Part shown: positions 47,900-59,199 of the stretch, piece by piece
How positions within the stretch are numbered: position 1 is the first letter of the stretch
Layout: each line of letters starts with the position of its first letter
Assembly (NCBI GenBank): GCA_036172245.1
Contig: JAYWIR010000057.1
Coordinates: 186,001-250,000, forward strand
Reading direction: 5' to 3'
Length of the DNA: 64,000 bases
Source: Raillietiella orientalis
Taxonomy: Eukaryota
Notes under the pieces: model-generated
The model's database searches: none
What the model was told of the DNA's origin: nothing
Seen by the model: only the letters and a program-made list of their open reading frames with translations
Program-made: the position numbers and the translations under genes

Positions 47900-50800
47900 A
47901 AGTGGAGTAAAAGTACCAGTCCTCATCTTTGCCGGGGTTGGAATTGAAAGATCAAGGAAGAGCTCCCAATCTGCTACCGGCAAGATGGCGTTCGGTGTGC
48001 TCGAGCAGGAAGTGAACCTCCTAACGGATGAGTGCGACTCGAATGGAAGGCAGAGCCATCACACCATCGATCTGAAGAATCGATGGCTGAACGGGGAACA
48101 CAAAGGATGGTTCCTGGACTCGTTCTAATCCTTGGCGCTGAGTGAGATGCCTCGGAGCAGTCAAAGCGCGAGTTGGATGTGCTCTTTCAAACACCCCACA
48201 ATCATTATACGAGGGAGGGAGGGAGCTCAGCCAGTGCGCGAATAGCAACACGAACAATTTCCCCGCAGCTTTTTGATCCTTGGCTCAAAACAAATGAAAA
48301 ATGGCCTTTTAAAAACTGCGGAAAACTCATATATAGAATTTCGGAACCCTGAAACTTAATAGGGAACATGGTGAGACGATGATTCTCGTGAGTGGGATCG
48401 AGTTGCGGATTATCAGCTAGAAATGAGAAAAATGACATCGACGAGGCACTTTATTTGCCCCTGGCCATCACTTCCTAATCTTGCTTGCGCTCTTCGGAGC
48501 ATCGGGAGTGGCAGCGAGACACACCACTCGGAAAGCCCGCGAAGATTTACGCGCTCGGGACCAAAGAGAGATGGTGAAAAACTGCATCTGTAAACGTTTT
48601 GGAGGGATACGGAACATGTACAAAAAAACACTATCCATCTCCAATAACAAACCACAAAATATACTATAAAACACTTCTTTTCTAACGCAAGGGGGGCGTA
48701 CTCACGCGTACGCATGTACGTACCAACGGCGCGCGTGTTTACGCGTGTGCTTCCCTCCCGATGCTGGAAAATTCGAGTAGCAGGAAAACGCACGCACGCG
48801 CCGAAGATGGTGAGTCTTCGAAGATGCGTGCACGCGGACACTGAACGGGAAACACTTGGATGTGTGTGCCGCACGTATTCCCAAATGCACTGCTCTTTTC
48901 CAGTGCACCCTCACATAATGAACTGAAAATAATGCCTTACGAAATATACTATGCTTCATACACACATGCATTTAATTGCCTTTCCCATATGCACACTTAT
49001 ACAATTAGTATATTTGCACACATATACACAACATGCATGCGTGAAACACCAGCATATATATGTTTGCATGCGCAAATGCATTTATATGCATTAAATACAT
49101 GTGCTTGTGTGTATTTATATATTTTTGGACGCACATATACAGATACACTGTCACAGATGATTATTCATCTCGTATAGCTGAACGTACTGAATAGAGACCA
49201 ACTAGAAAGTGTCATTGGTGTGTTACCACCATTCACATTTTCAACGATGAGGAAGTTGCAAAGTTCGAAGATCACTTGAATCCGGTTGTCAACGCAACGC
49301 GTCCTCTTTCTTTCGCTTCTCATTCCGAATGAGATGCCTGCGAACGCTTAGGATTCTCGTGTGCGTTTCCTGAAGGAGAAAAATCACGCGTCAATTGCTA
49401 ACAGTATTGCCAAGGAGCGTCATGGATTTGTTCGAAAAGCATCCATTTCATTAAACCATCGCCTTCAAGAGCTCCCTTGGTCCAGAAATTCGTCTCCGTT
49501 TAACTTCGCATTTAAAAAACCGCGCGTTCCGTGCGAGCCCAAGAAACCCACCTCACTCTGGAAGACTCCTCGCTCTGTAACCAATCGTGGGTTGACAGAA
49601 CAGGATCCCCGTGTCTAACCATGGAGAATATGGCATCTCCGTGTCAACGGAGAGCCTCCAAAGGAACACAGAGGAACTCCATGCTCAACTTGAGCGTATT
49701 TCCCGACTGGGGATGAATCCAAACGCAATTAACTCATCATTTCCATCATCAGCATTTGCAAAACACTGGAAATCCTTTTCACGAGAATTTTGGACCTCTC
49801 TCCGTCCACAGTCTAATTTTTTATTCCATTATCTTCAGCTGGAGAGATAATTCTGCTGACTAATCTGAAATGTTCAGAATTTTTTCCCCCACTTAACTGT
49901 ATACAAACGGAGTGCGTCCCCTGGCACCTGTACGAACTCATTCTTACCATAAGAAGAACTTCTTCCGATCGCTTTCGTCAGAGGAGCGCTGGCCTTCAAC
50001 TTGTCAGTGTGCCATCCGAAATCCACACTTCCGGTGAAAGAAACAACAGTTGCGCTCAACTTGTTTAACGTGGCTGCCGAGTCCATGAAAACAGTCCGAG
50101 ACCGGAATCTTTTGACCAGAAAAGGCTCCAGGATTTGCTCTCTTCCGCTCGAATTATCACTCACTCGGTGAGCCAAAGACCTCTCTTATGCAAGCTAAGA
50201 TTCTTCGAGGAAGTACTTTTCCACGTTCACATGGAGAGAAGATGCGCCTGCTCTTATGCGAGAACGCCAGCCTCTTGCGGTTCCATCTTCGCTAGCCGCA
50301 TAGACGTTTGGCTAATTCATTGCGAACTGCCGCGAAATTTCCGTGTACAAAAATGCGCGTACATTAACAACGAGTGGGTGCTGCGTGACATCAGACTTTC
50401 TTTTTTTGTGCGTGAAGTTTTGAACAGGCCGTTGCCTTGCAGCATCACGATAAAGAAAAAGATGAAGGAAAGAAAAATTAAGCGTCGACGAGGATCACCT
50501 TGGTTTCCTACAGCTGCATGGCTGCATGCATGCATCCATGAGCCGTGATTTGAAATCGATCCGCAATGATGTTTTCACACGCTGACGCGAACACACAGAA
50601 TCAGTGTTTGGAACTTTACACTTTTGCTGCACGGTTAGAAAAGAAAGAAACGTGTCACACCTGCCACAACGGAAGACAGTTCTGGGAGCCCCGAAAAAGA
50701 ATTCAGACAATAAGCGCTGACATAAATGAATCTTTTCGTCGAACGGATGCAGTGATATTTTACACACAAAGGTCCTTCGACGACAGTTATTTGTTTTGAC

Positions 50801-52300
50801 ACTCTTTGAGATTTTCATTTGTTTTGACAGTTGGAAAAATTACAAGCACTGCTGGTTTGGGTTGACCGTTGCCTGCAGGAACCACCGAAAGGGGCAACGA
50901 ATGATAATCGTGAGCACATAATCACACACAGAAGTAACCCCCATTCAGGCGATTAACACAACTGCCCTCTTCAAATTAAGGTTATTCGGCATGTTGTGTG
51001 GTCCAGTACATCCACACAGTTGTGCACGGGAAGTGCATTCTTTTTCTAGGGAAGGAAGGCAACCAACGATCCACAAAGAGCCTCTTTCTGAATCAGACTT
51101 GGCGCTCATCGTCGAGGAAAAATGACCGAGATAGACTGCTCATCTTAGCAAAGAGGTGGAGATGTGGAGGCAGTAAAAGCAGTCGTTGCGTGGGCACCTG
51201 GAATCGATGGCTGTTGAGCTATGTTTCGCTAAGAGTGTTGCCTAGCGCTCATCGGCATCCTTCGTTGATCCCTGAATACCCCATCGACGGTCTGGAAGAT
51301 CCTCGTTCTTTGCTCTGCTCGAAGGGAACGGACCGTTCCAGCAAAGTGAAGGCGAAAACAGCTCCCGGCTAGCAGGGTGGAATGCGCCTGCTCGCTTCTT
51401 GAATTCATCCTTCGCAACAGCAACTGCCATCAAGGACCTCAGCGCTAGACGCAGTTCCAATCTATGACTCACAAAGGCTCGGTCTACGATCCCGCCCCAC
51501 GGATGGGATACAAACTCGCTCCCCTATACAGCGCTGTCAATTTAAGGACCCACCAACTACTGTGACGGGACGGAGTGTTTCAAGGAATTCCGGTTTCCAA
51601 CATTTAGTGCTTAGCTTCCGTAGAAGAAATAGATGTGTCTAGCACGAGATGAAAATTCAACGAGGCATTTGTCTTGAAAAAAAGCTGGCATTTTTGAGCT
51701 TTGAGCGGTCTGTCACTCCCAAGATTATCGACCTGAAAAAGTGGTTCCACCCAGGAGAGTTGAGGGAGGATGATGCTGATTTTATGGATTTTCCTAGTGA
51801 GTTTCCGGTGCATGAAGGTTCAGCCAAGCTCGAGGGAGACAAGCAGAGAGTTCAGCGAAGGAGGAGTATCCAGCGGGAACGAAATCCTGCATCACAGTGT
51901 CGGCAGAAGCGCTCGAGAAATTTATCGTAGCCTTCCGAAAAAAGTAGGATGCAAAATACTGGGAAGCATGAATCACGACCCGGTGCCATATCACGCTCTG
52001 CTTACGGCTGTCAGGTTCATTCCTACCGAGAAAACAAGCCGGCTGTGCAAACGTCTTGAATGCCACGAGATATTTTTAAAGGAAACTTTGAGATGTCACA
52101 TGTGCCACCTTAGTGACGTTCTCTTTGCAACGGACGATCTCATCCTATACTTTCGTCTGACAAGAAGCCTCCTCCCCTCCCCCTTAAATGTTTGCACCCG
52201 TTCCTCGTTTCTCTTCACGGCCGCCCACCGCTCATCTGATTCACCTCTGCTCACCAGCAACACGCGAACCGCCTTGACCGATTGGTTTCAGCCATTCGTC
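47900..52300 (-). mobile_element. Cluster of at least three degenerate piggyBac-like transposase relics (~47900-48500, ~49300-50400, ~50550-52300)
   Basis: Minus-strand motifs: QIKCLVDVIFLI, MSxxxF and IDGVM (cf. IDExM); ILEPFL...TVFMDS...LYTVKWGKK (cf. LLxPxL...VxMDNxY...KWxDKK); NCVDVLDH (cf. GGVDxLDQ) at ~51000; Cys-rich RCGRC tail at ~50600-50670. Confidence 0.55.
48940..49160. repeat. Degenerate (CA/TA/TG)n low-complexity block
   Basis: Direct observation. Confidence 0.7.
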
Positions 52301-52399
52301 CGTTCTGCGGTTCAGTTCGCATCCTCTGCGAGAGCGTCATGCTCTCTTCCCGGTTCACTCGTGGGAATATCAAAGAAAACGCACGAACGTACTTACTAG

Positions 52400-52850
52400 G
52401 CTGTATTGTACCGAACAAGAAATCAAGCAGATGCACCGTGGTGCATTTACGCACTCCGGTGTCCAATCGTGTTGCTAATTTCTTTGGAGGAAACCGCTCG
52501 GTTAGGGCTTTGGGGCGCGTCTCGCCCGGCGTGTGCGGGGGCAGTTCAGCTCACCTGGTGATCCTACAAGAGACTGAGAACACGGAAGTGCAAGCGATGG
52601 CTGATCCTTGCAGCGGTAGGAAGGGGGGTCGTCTGGGATCAGCTCCGAGCGCGCTGCCCAAAGCATCCTTCGATGCTGATCCCGATCCAATCAGAATCTC
52701 ACTCGCAAAGAGAAGTGGCCAAACCTTTCTGACATTTGCATGCTCCAAAGCAACTTGTCACAGCACATCTCTTGCTTACCTCGAGATGATAGCTTGCTTA
52801 TCGAAGCAGCAGCAGGGAGCCGAAGCGATCCAATCTGGATGCTGGTAGAA
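52400..52850 (-). mobile_element. RTE-like LINE 3' fragment
   Basis: Degenerate RLxxFxxxCLRxI...RRxxWxGH-like pattern. Confidence 0.3.
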
Positions 52851-52879
52851 CGCAGAACTCACGCATGATGGTTATGCCG

Positions 52880-53923
52880 GGCATTTATTAAATAAAGTGA
52901 CCAGAGTACATTGGTGTGGTAGAACCATTGGGTAGAACCACGCGCAACGAACCTGCCGAGGACCGCCATGCAGACCCGTGAGGCCCGCTTCAGCAGCGTG
53001 GAGGAAGGGGGAAAAGTAAAATAAAATAAAACACGCAAACACAGGGGAGAGGAAATTTTTCACGGGGAAGAGGGGGGGGACTGAGGAAGGGATCGCAGTA
53101 CGCGTCCAGGCGTCCTCTGCATCCTGTTTAGGATACTGGCAAGTTCTCTCCGGATAGTGACCAGGTGGAGCCATTTCGAGGCGGCCCTCGGTAAGATTCG
53201 CGCCCAGTGGATGGCGTCCCTGCCATTCTGGCCTCTTCTTCCCGTGTTCCAGGCTGCCACGAATCCGCGGACGCAGCAGAGAACTGCGAGGGCGACTGGA
53301 GACAGATCGGTACGCGCGAAAAGGCGTTTCCAAATGTTCCTGGGGCCTCCCGTCGGGGTTCCTAGGATCGTCGTTCCTGTTTTTCCTTCGCAGAAGGGGA
53401 CCTGGAAAGATCTGCACCTGGAATTTCTTCTCCGGAAGAACCCACCGGAAGGGATCCGCTCCTTGTTTCCTCCTCCAAAGAGAACCCCGAAGGAAGGCTT
53501 TCAGATTTTTCTCGAGGACGCTCCCCAAAGGGTGCAGCGCTCTTCTTGCATTCTGGAGAGGCAGCCCCCCGAGGGGGGGTACCAACCAGCTCCATGGTAC
53601 GCGATGGTACGGACGGCTCCATTTTCGCAACAAGATGGAAACCTTGGAGGGCTCCTTGATTCCTGGAGGGACTCTGGAGGGTCAACTTCCAGTCCTGCCC
53701 AGTCAACGGGGGCAGCCGGTTCCCGACTTCCACCAGTGGCGCCGCACCCGAAGTCTACAGGCCAACCAGCGTCATCCTGCGGGGGGACGCGAAACCCACG
53801 ACGCATCCATTTCTCTGGTGTGATGATTGGGTGGACTCCGAATCATCACCTGGATCCTCCAGGTGATGATTCGAACCCACGACTCTTGGTACCACTTGCG
53901 GACACCGTAGCCCTACGACCACC
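52880..53923 (-). mobile_element. tRNA-headed SINE copy (tail type B)
   Basis: B box gattcgaacc ~53868; shared body; tail B with an AT-rich end. Confidence 0.78.
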
Positions 53924-54508
53924 AATGCAGACCCGTGGCTACGGTCGAAGAGAACCGCAGACAAGACTGGCAGGAAAACACCACCACGGTCCCACATTCC
54001 CAGGAGGAAAGGGATGAAGTACGCGAGAAAGTTCAAATACAAAGCAAAATCCAAGAGATGTGCAGCATCTGTAACGAAATGGGATTTTCCGCACGTTGGT
54101 GCGTTTGATGAGCTGTCAGCATTCACAGGTGGAAGAAATGAAATCGAGGTGCTGTACGATGAGCATAGAAATTTGGATCTCTGAGGGCTCGCGCGTGGGC
54201 GGAACTGCTCCGAAGGGGTCAGCGAGGAAGCTGCGAAAGGATTCAGGAGAATGGGAAGCGTTTATTCTCTGATAACCCGGACGTGCAATCAAATGAACGG
54301 AAGGCCTAGAAAAGGGAAGCACGTTCCGGACTCAGTGGTGTCAAAGGTCACATAGTCTTCACCTCGCTTTCTCCTGCCGCAGAAACCAGACTATAGGCGA
54401 ATACCAGGCAGGACTTCCGCTTGGCGTTCGGTTAAGAACCTGAGGATGTGCTACGGTTGGTTCCTGGTCTCTGTTTCAGCGATGTAGCCACTGCTGTTCG
54501 CGAACCCT

Positions 54509-54770
54509 CGGCCGACGGCCCTCGGGAACCCCCCGCACTTCTTTTATTTGTCCACGTGGAGTGGATCGTGGAGTGATCACTTTCGCCCGACCGACCAGAA
54601 CCGACACTGAAACGCAGACATCGCAGCGTCGGCGCTGACCTTTCAGGGAAGAGATATTGGGGTCTCGTCTTCCGCCCAACGGAAGAGCAACCCTGCAGTC
54701 CGCCTCCGAACAATCCACTCCACGTGGACAAAGAATAGAAGTGCTGGTGGTTCCCGAGGGCCTTCGGCCG
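54509..54770. mobile_element. MITE-like foldback element with ~61-bp imperfect terminal inverted repeats
   Basis: cggccgacggccctcgggaacc...tttgtccacgtggagtggatcgt (54509-54569) pairs with acaatccactccacgtggacaaa...ggttcccgagggccttcggccg (54710-54770). No target-site duplication recognised. Confidence 0.72.
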
Positions 54771-56344
54771 GCCGCTTTGGGACCGGGAATGCTTGGTAAC
54801 GTGGAACTCGCAGGGAGGGAATATTTCGGGAGGCCCTCTCCCGGACGAAGGTAAACACGGACGAGCGCCAGGCGGAACCGCTCTACCAGCAAAGCTGCCA
54901 TGTCGGAAAGGACGAGTATTCCTCAAGTGCTCCCCGGAGATCAGGCCCTCCGAGACGTTGTCTTGCGAAAGGCAGGCACGCCGGCGGGAAGCGTCAGGGT
55001 CACAGCTGCGCTCAGGATCGGTCCGATTCGGGAAGGAGGGCAGCAGATCAGCCTTGTGTTTTCCGAAACTCGGGCCGCGGACGGAGCAAGCCGATTCCAG
55101 CGCCCCCTCGCCTTCCCTCCTCCCACCGAAAAAGAGTGCTTCAGAGTTATTCGCAAATATTTGGACTACCGAAGAAAAGACGCTCCAGATGAAACGCCCG
55201 ACTTCATCCAACAGCAACAGCCCCCTCTCCTCTCTGGAGCGGGCCCTGCTAAAAAGGTTCCGTGCTCTCTCCACCCCTTTTTCTCGGGATCCAGATGCGG
55301 GGATCTCATGGAGCTGAGCGATGATCGTGCTCTGGATGTGTTTCTTTTTCCTTTTTTTTTTTTTTTTTTTCGGCACCGAAAATGCCCCCTAGGAGCATCA
55401 ATAATTCACCTGGCCATCTGGCATGCTGCTGCGCGCGTTCCCATGCCGGGCTGGAAGAGCGACCGGTGGGAGTGTCTCGGCCGAGTAATGCAAACGCCGC
55501 ATTATCGAATTATCATCCTTAAAAGAGGGAAAAGGATATTCCTAAGTGGACTTCCTGGAAGCGCACGCTGTAGGCGAAGGAAGCTGTAAGCAAAGGAAGA
55601 GAGAAGTGCTGTACCGGCCCCTTCGCACCCGCCTTTCACTTTCGCCTGCCCGATCAGGACCGACGCTGAGACGCAGGCATCGCAGCGTCGACGCTGACAT
55701 CCCCCTCATCCGGTCACCGGACGCTCGAGCCGACCCTTGCAAAGGACGCATCCGGGATGGCGAGGCGGATGGTCTTCTCTACACAAAAGAAGGAATCTCA
55801 AAAGCTTCGATCCAAAAAGAGCGAGCATGCGCGGGGATGCTGCCGAGAGGCTGCAGTGGAACGTCCAGCTGACTGTGCGAAGGAACCAGTCGTTTTTCCC
55901 TTGGTTGCCGTGGGTTCATCCCAACCCGAAAGAACCCGTTCACTTTGCATGGAGAAACCGCAGTAGCGAAGATTCGGGACGTCGTCGTTCTTCCTTCGTT
56001 CCTGGATGATTTCGGCTCTGGCGAATCTGGAAGCGCATTGACGGGGTGACAAGCCGACAGGCGCGAGGCCGCTCGGTAGCCTTAGCAAGGTGACGGCCGA
56101 GGAAAACATCGCTTGGAGGGAGGAGCAGCCACACCCTCTAGTCGTCGAAATTTCCCCTTCCAAAGTGGAACCGCGACCGGAAGCTAGAAGGACCAAGGAA
56201 GAAGAGAAATCGGTGCCGACGACGAGCATGACACATAGGACTCAGGTGAGGTCCGACTCGGATACAAAAGACCGATGTATCCTCTTCTGTTTGCGCTGCG
56301 GTGAGGTTTCCTAAGAAGGTTCTGCTCCCGAGGTTGCCCGCATT

Positions 56345-57030
56345 GGCGGCTGTGCGTCTGCGGTCGCCGCGCGCGGCACCAAGCGTTGCGGGTTGGAATC
56401 TCAACCTGGGAAGGAGAGACGCCGGGGGTGCGCTGGGGGGTTTCCCCTCCGCAAGATGACGCTGGTTGGCCTATAGGCTTCTGGTGTGACACTGTAGGAA
56501 ACCGAGTGCCCCCGCTGACTGGCCGGGACTGGAAGCCGACCCTCCGGGGTCCTTCCAGGACTCAAAGAGCCGCTTCCCTTCGGGGTTCCTTTGCTTTGGG
56601 TTGTGAAAATGAAGCCGTAGAGTTGGAGTTGGTTGATACTGGCGTCGAGGGGTTGTCTCTCCAGTGCTACAGTAGCGCACTTCAGAGAAATTGGGAAGCG
56701 TATCTTCGAGGTTCTCTTCAGAGGAGTAACAGGGAGCGGTTCCCTTCAGAGAAACGAGTGAGCCCTACGAGAGACCCCTCCGAAAAGAATAACGAAGAGG
56801 TTTCCTCCGGGATTCTTCTCTCAAGGAGTAAGAGAGGAACGGACTCCGAAGCTTCCCTGAATTTATAGGATGGTCCCTCCGAGATTGATCCCGAAAGGAT
56901 GTCAAAGAGCCCAAGGAGTGAATGACAGAGTTGGGTGTCAAAGAGCTTTGCGATCCCCTCGTTCCCCTTCCCCCCAAAAAGGTTCTTGAGCACTTTGCGA
57001 ACCAAAAAATGAAAGAAAAAAAGAAAAGAA
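56345..57030 (+). mobile_element. tRNA-headed SINE copy (tail type A)
   Basis: Head ggcggctgtgcg...gggttggaatc; shared body; tail A; A-rich end. Confidence 0.8.
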
Positions 57031-57654
57031 GGCTCCTTTTCTTCACAATCGAAAAATTTTTTCTCATGGAAGAAGACACCTGCGTGGGTGTACCTATGGA
57101 GCCGCAAATTATTTTAGCCGACGTGCTGCTCCCTATCTCCGTGAGGTGCCTTTAGCGGAGATGCGTGAGGAGGTTTTACTTTCGCTGGTATTCCTGGATC
57201 GCTGCTGGTCACGATGCAGCGGCACAGGTGCGTTACCATGTAAAAGGAACCCAGCAGGAAAGGGGTGGGTGATGATGGGTTTCCATCTTTTCGGGGAGGA
57301 CGCTCACCCGGACGCGCGTCCGAAAGCACACAAGGCGGCGCATTCAACAGGCGCAGGTCCATTCGGTTGCATGGTAACCGAAACACAATGGCGACAGCGA
57401 TTCCTTAATGGCATCGTGAGACTCGATCGAGTGGGTAGAAAGGTCACCAAAATGATGGAGATGGTTCGTCGAGCCTCGAAGAAAAGGACGGTCTACGTGA
57501 TGATGCAGACCTCGCCATGTTCAAGAATTTGCGCGCGGCAGAAGATTCCGCACACGGCCCCGCCCACTATTTGAAAGTCTCGCAACAGAGCGACTTCAGA
57601 TGAGGAGAAGCTGGCCATTTCACTGTGCGGCTTTTGCCTCCAGCTTATTTTTTG

Positions 57655-58122
57655 AGAGTTTTTTTTTTTGGGTGGTGGTGGGGGGGTTCTCCAAAGTACT
57701 CGTTCGCCTGAACGGCTCCCGAAGCTCTTTGACACCGTCCACTCCAGCCGAGGATGCGTGTGACTCTTCAAGTTAGGGGGCGAGCTCGAAGGGAGCGCCC
57801 TCCCCCCATCCGGGAAGACTCCGGAGGAAGGAGTTCCTCTCTTACTCTTTGGGAAGAGAACCCCCAGAGAGAACCGGTTCCTTGATTCTTGGAAGGACAC
57901 CAGGGGGTCAACTTCCTATCCCGGCCACTCATTGGGGGTCATCCAGTTTTTCCAGCTTCTATCAGTGCCGCACTCGAAGCCTTCAGGCCATCCAGCGTGA
58001 TCTTGCTGGGGAAAACTCGAAACCCACGACGCGCCCATTTCTCGGCATTGATTCTTCCCTGGGCGGGATTCGAACCCGCAATGCTTGGTGCTACGTGTGG
58101 AGACCGCGACCCCACGGCCTCC
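57655..58122 (-). mobile_element. tRNA-headed SINE copy (tail type A, internally shortened)
   Basis: B box gggattcgaaccc ~58065-58077; shared body and tail A. Confidence 0.8.
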
Positions 58123-58139
58123 AGCGAGGGTGCTCATTA

Positions 58140-58560
58140 TGTTTGCTAGTATCCATATTCATTCATAAATTAATGCACAACATGTATGTTTATTAATATT
58201 TATTTGCACATATATTGATATAATCAATATACATATTAGAGATTATGAAAAAATAAATACAAAGAGTTTAATGTATTCTCATATGTACATGATAAATGTA
58301 TATTAAATGAATATATGAATACCGAATTACCAAAAATAGAAAATGATGGTGACGGTCAAAAGTAATGAAAGAATATCTATCTATCTATCTATCTATCTAT
58401 ATCTATATCTATATCTATATATATAGGATGGACATATATATTTATTTTTCATATCTTTGATGTATGTATTAATGCATGTTATTAATAATATGTATGTTAA
58501 AATAAATCTGTACATGAATGTAGATAGTAATGTATATAATGAGCATGTATTTATTCTTCA
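58140..58560. repeat. AT-rich low-complexity block including (ATCT)n/(AT)n at ~58374-58425
   Basis: Direct observation. Confidence 0.85.
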
Positions 58561-59199
58561 GTATTTTCCGAGATGGGGATTCTGAACGGAACTCCGTCGT
58601 GGCCGCGCACCCAAGCTGAGGGTCACCTCGCCTGGCTGTTTGGGCATCCACGTTGCCCCGGGAAACCGCCAAGAGCGGAAGAGCTTTCTGGGTGCGCTCT
58701 CGACGGAAGGAGCATTTTCGAAGGGACGCTACTTTCGACCCGCAGTTCTTGGGCACCTCCCTGAGTTCCCTGGTGAAGCGAATAGGCCGAAGTTTCGAGG
58801 ACTTGCTTTCCTTTTACGCACGCCAAAACACTGCCTTCCCGTTATCGTAGATTATTTGTACGCAGGGTGATCTACGAAGAACATGAATAGCCGACTTGCG
58901 CATGCGTGCACGCGCGCGCGCGCGCTCTCCTTGAGCTGCGCTCTGCCGTCGTCCGCGTTCGTGTTGCGGTCGCATTCTGAACACTGGATGGAACACACCG
59001 CCGGAATCATCCCTGCCGGTGTTCAGTAGCAGCTGATGCACTTCGAGGAAGTTCAAGGCTGGCACCCCGGTGCAGCGCACGCGAACGGCAAAAATGGGTC
59101 CTGGATCAAATGGGTCGCATCGCACGCGTGTCACGTGAACGTTTGCCTGCGGGCGACCAGAAAAAAGCGAACGCCCAGGTAAACGACGGCTCGAAGCAC

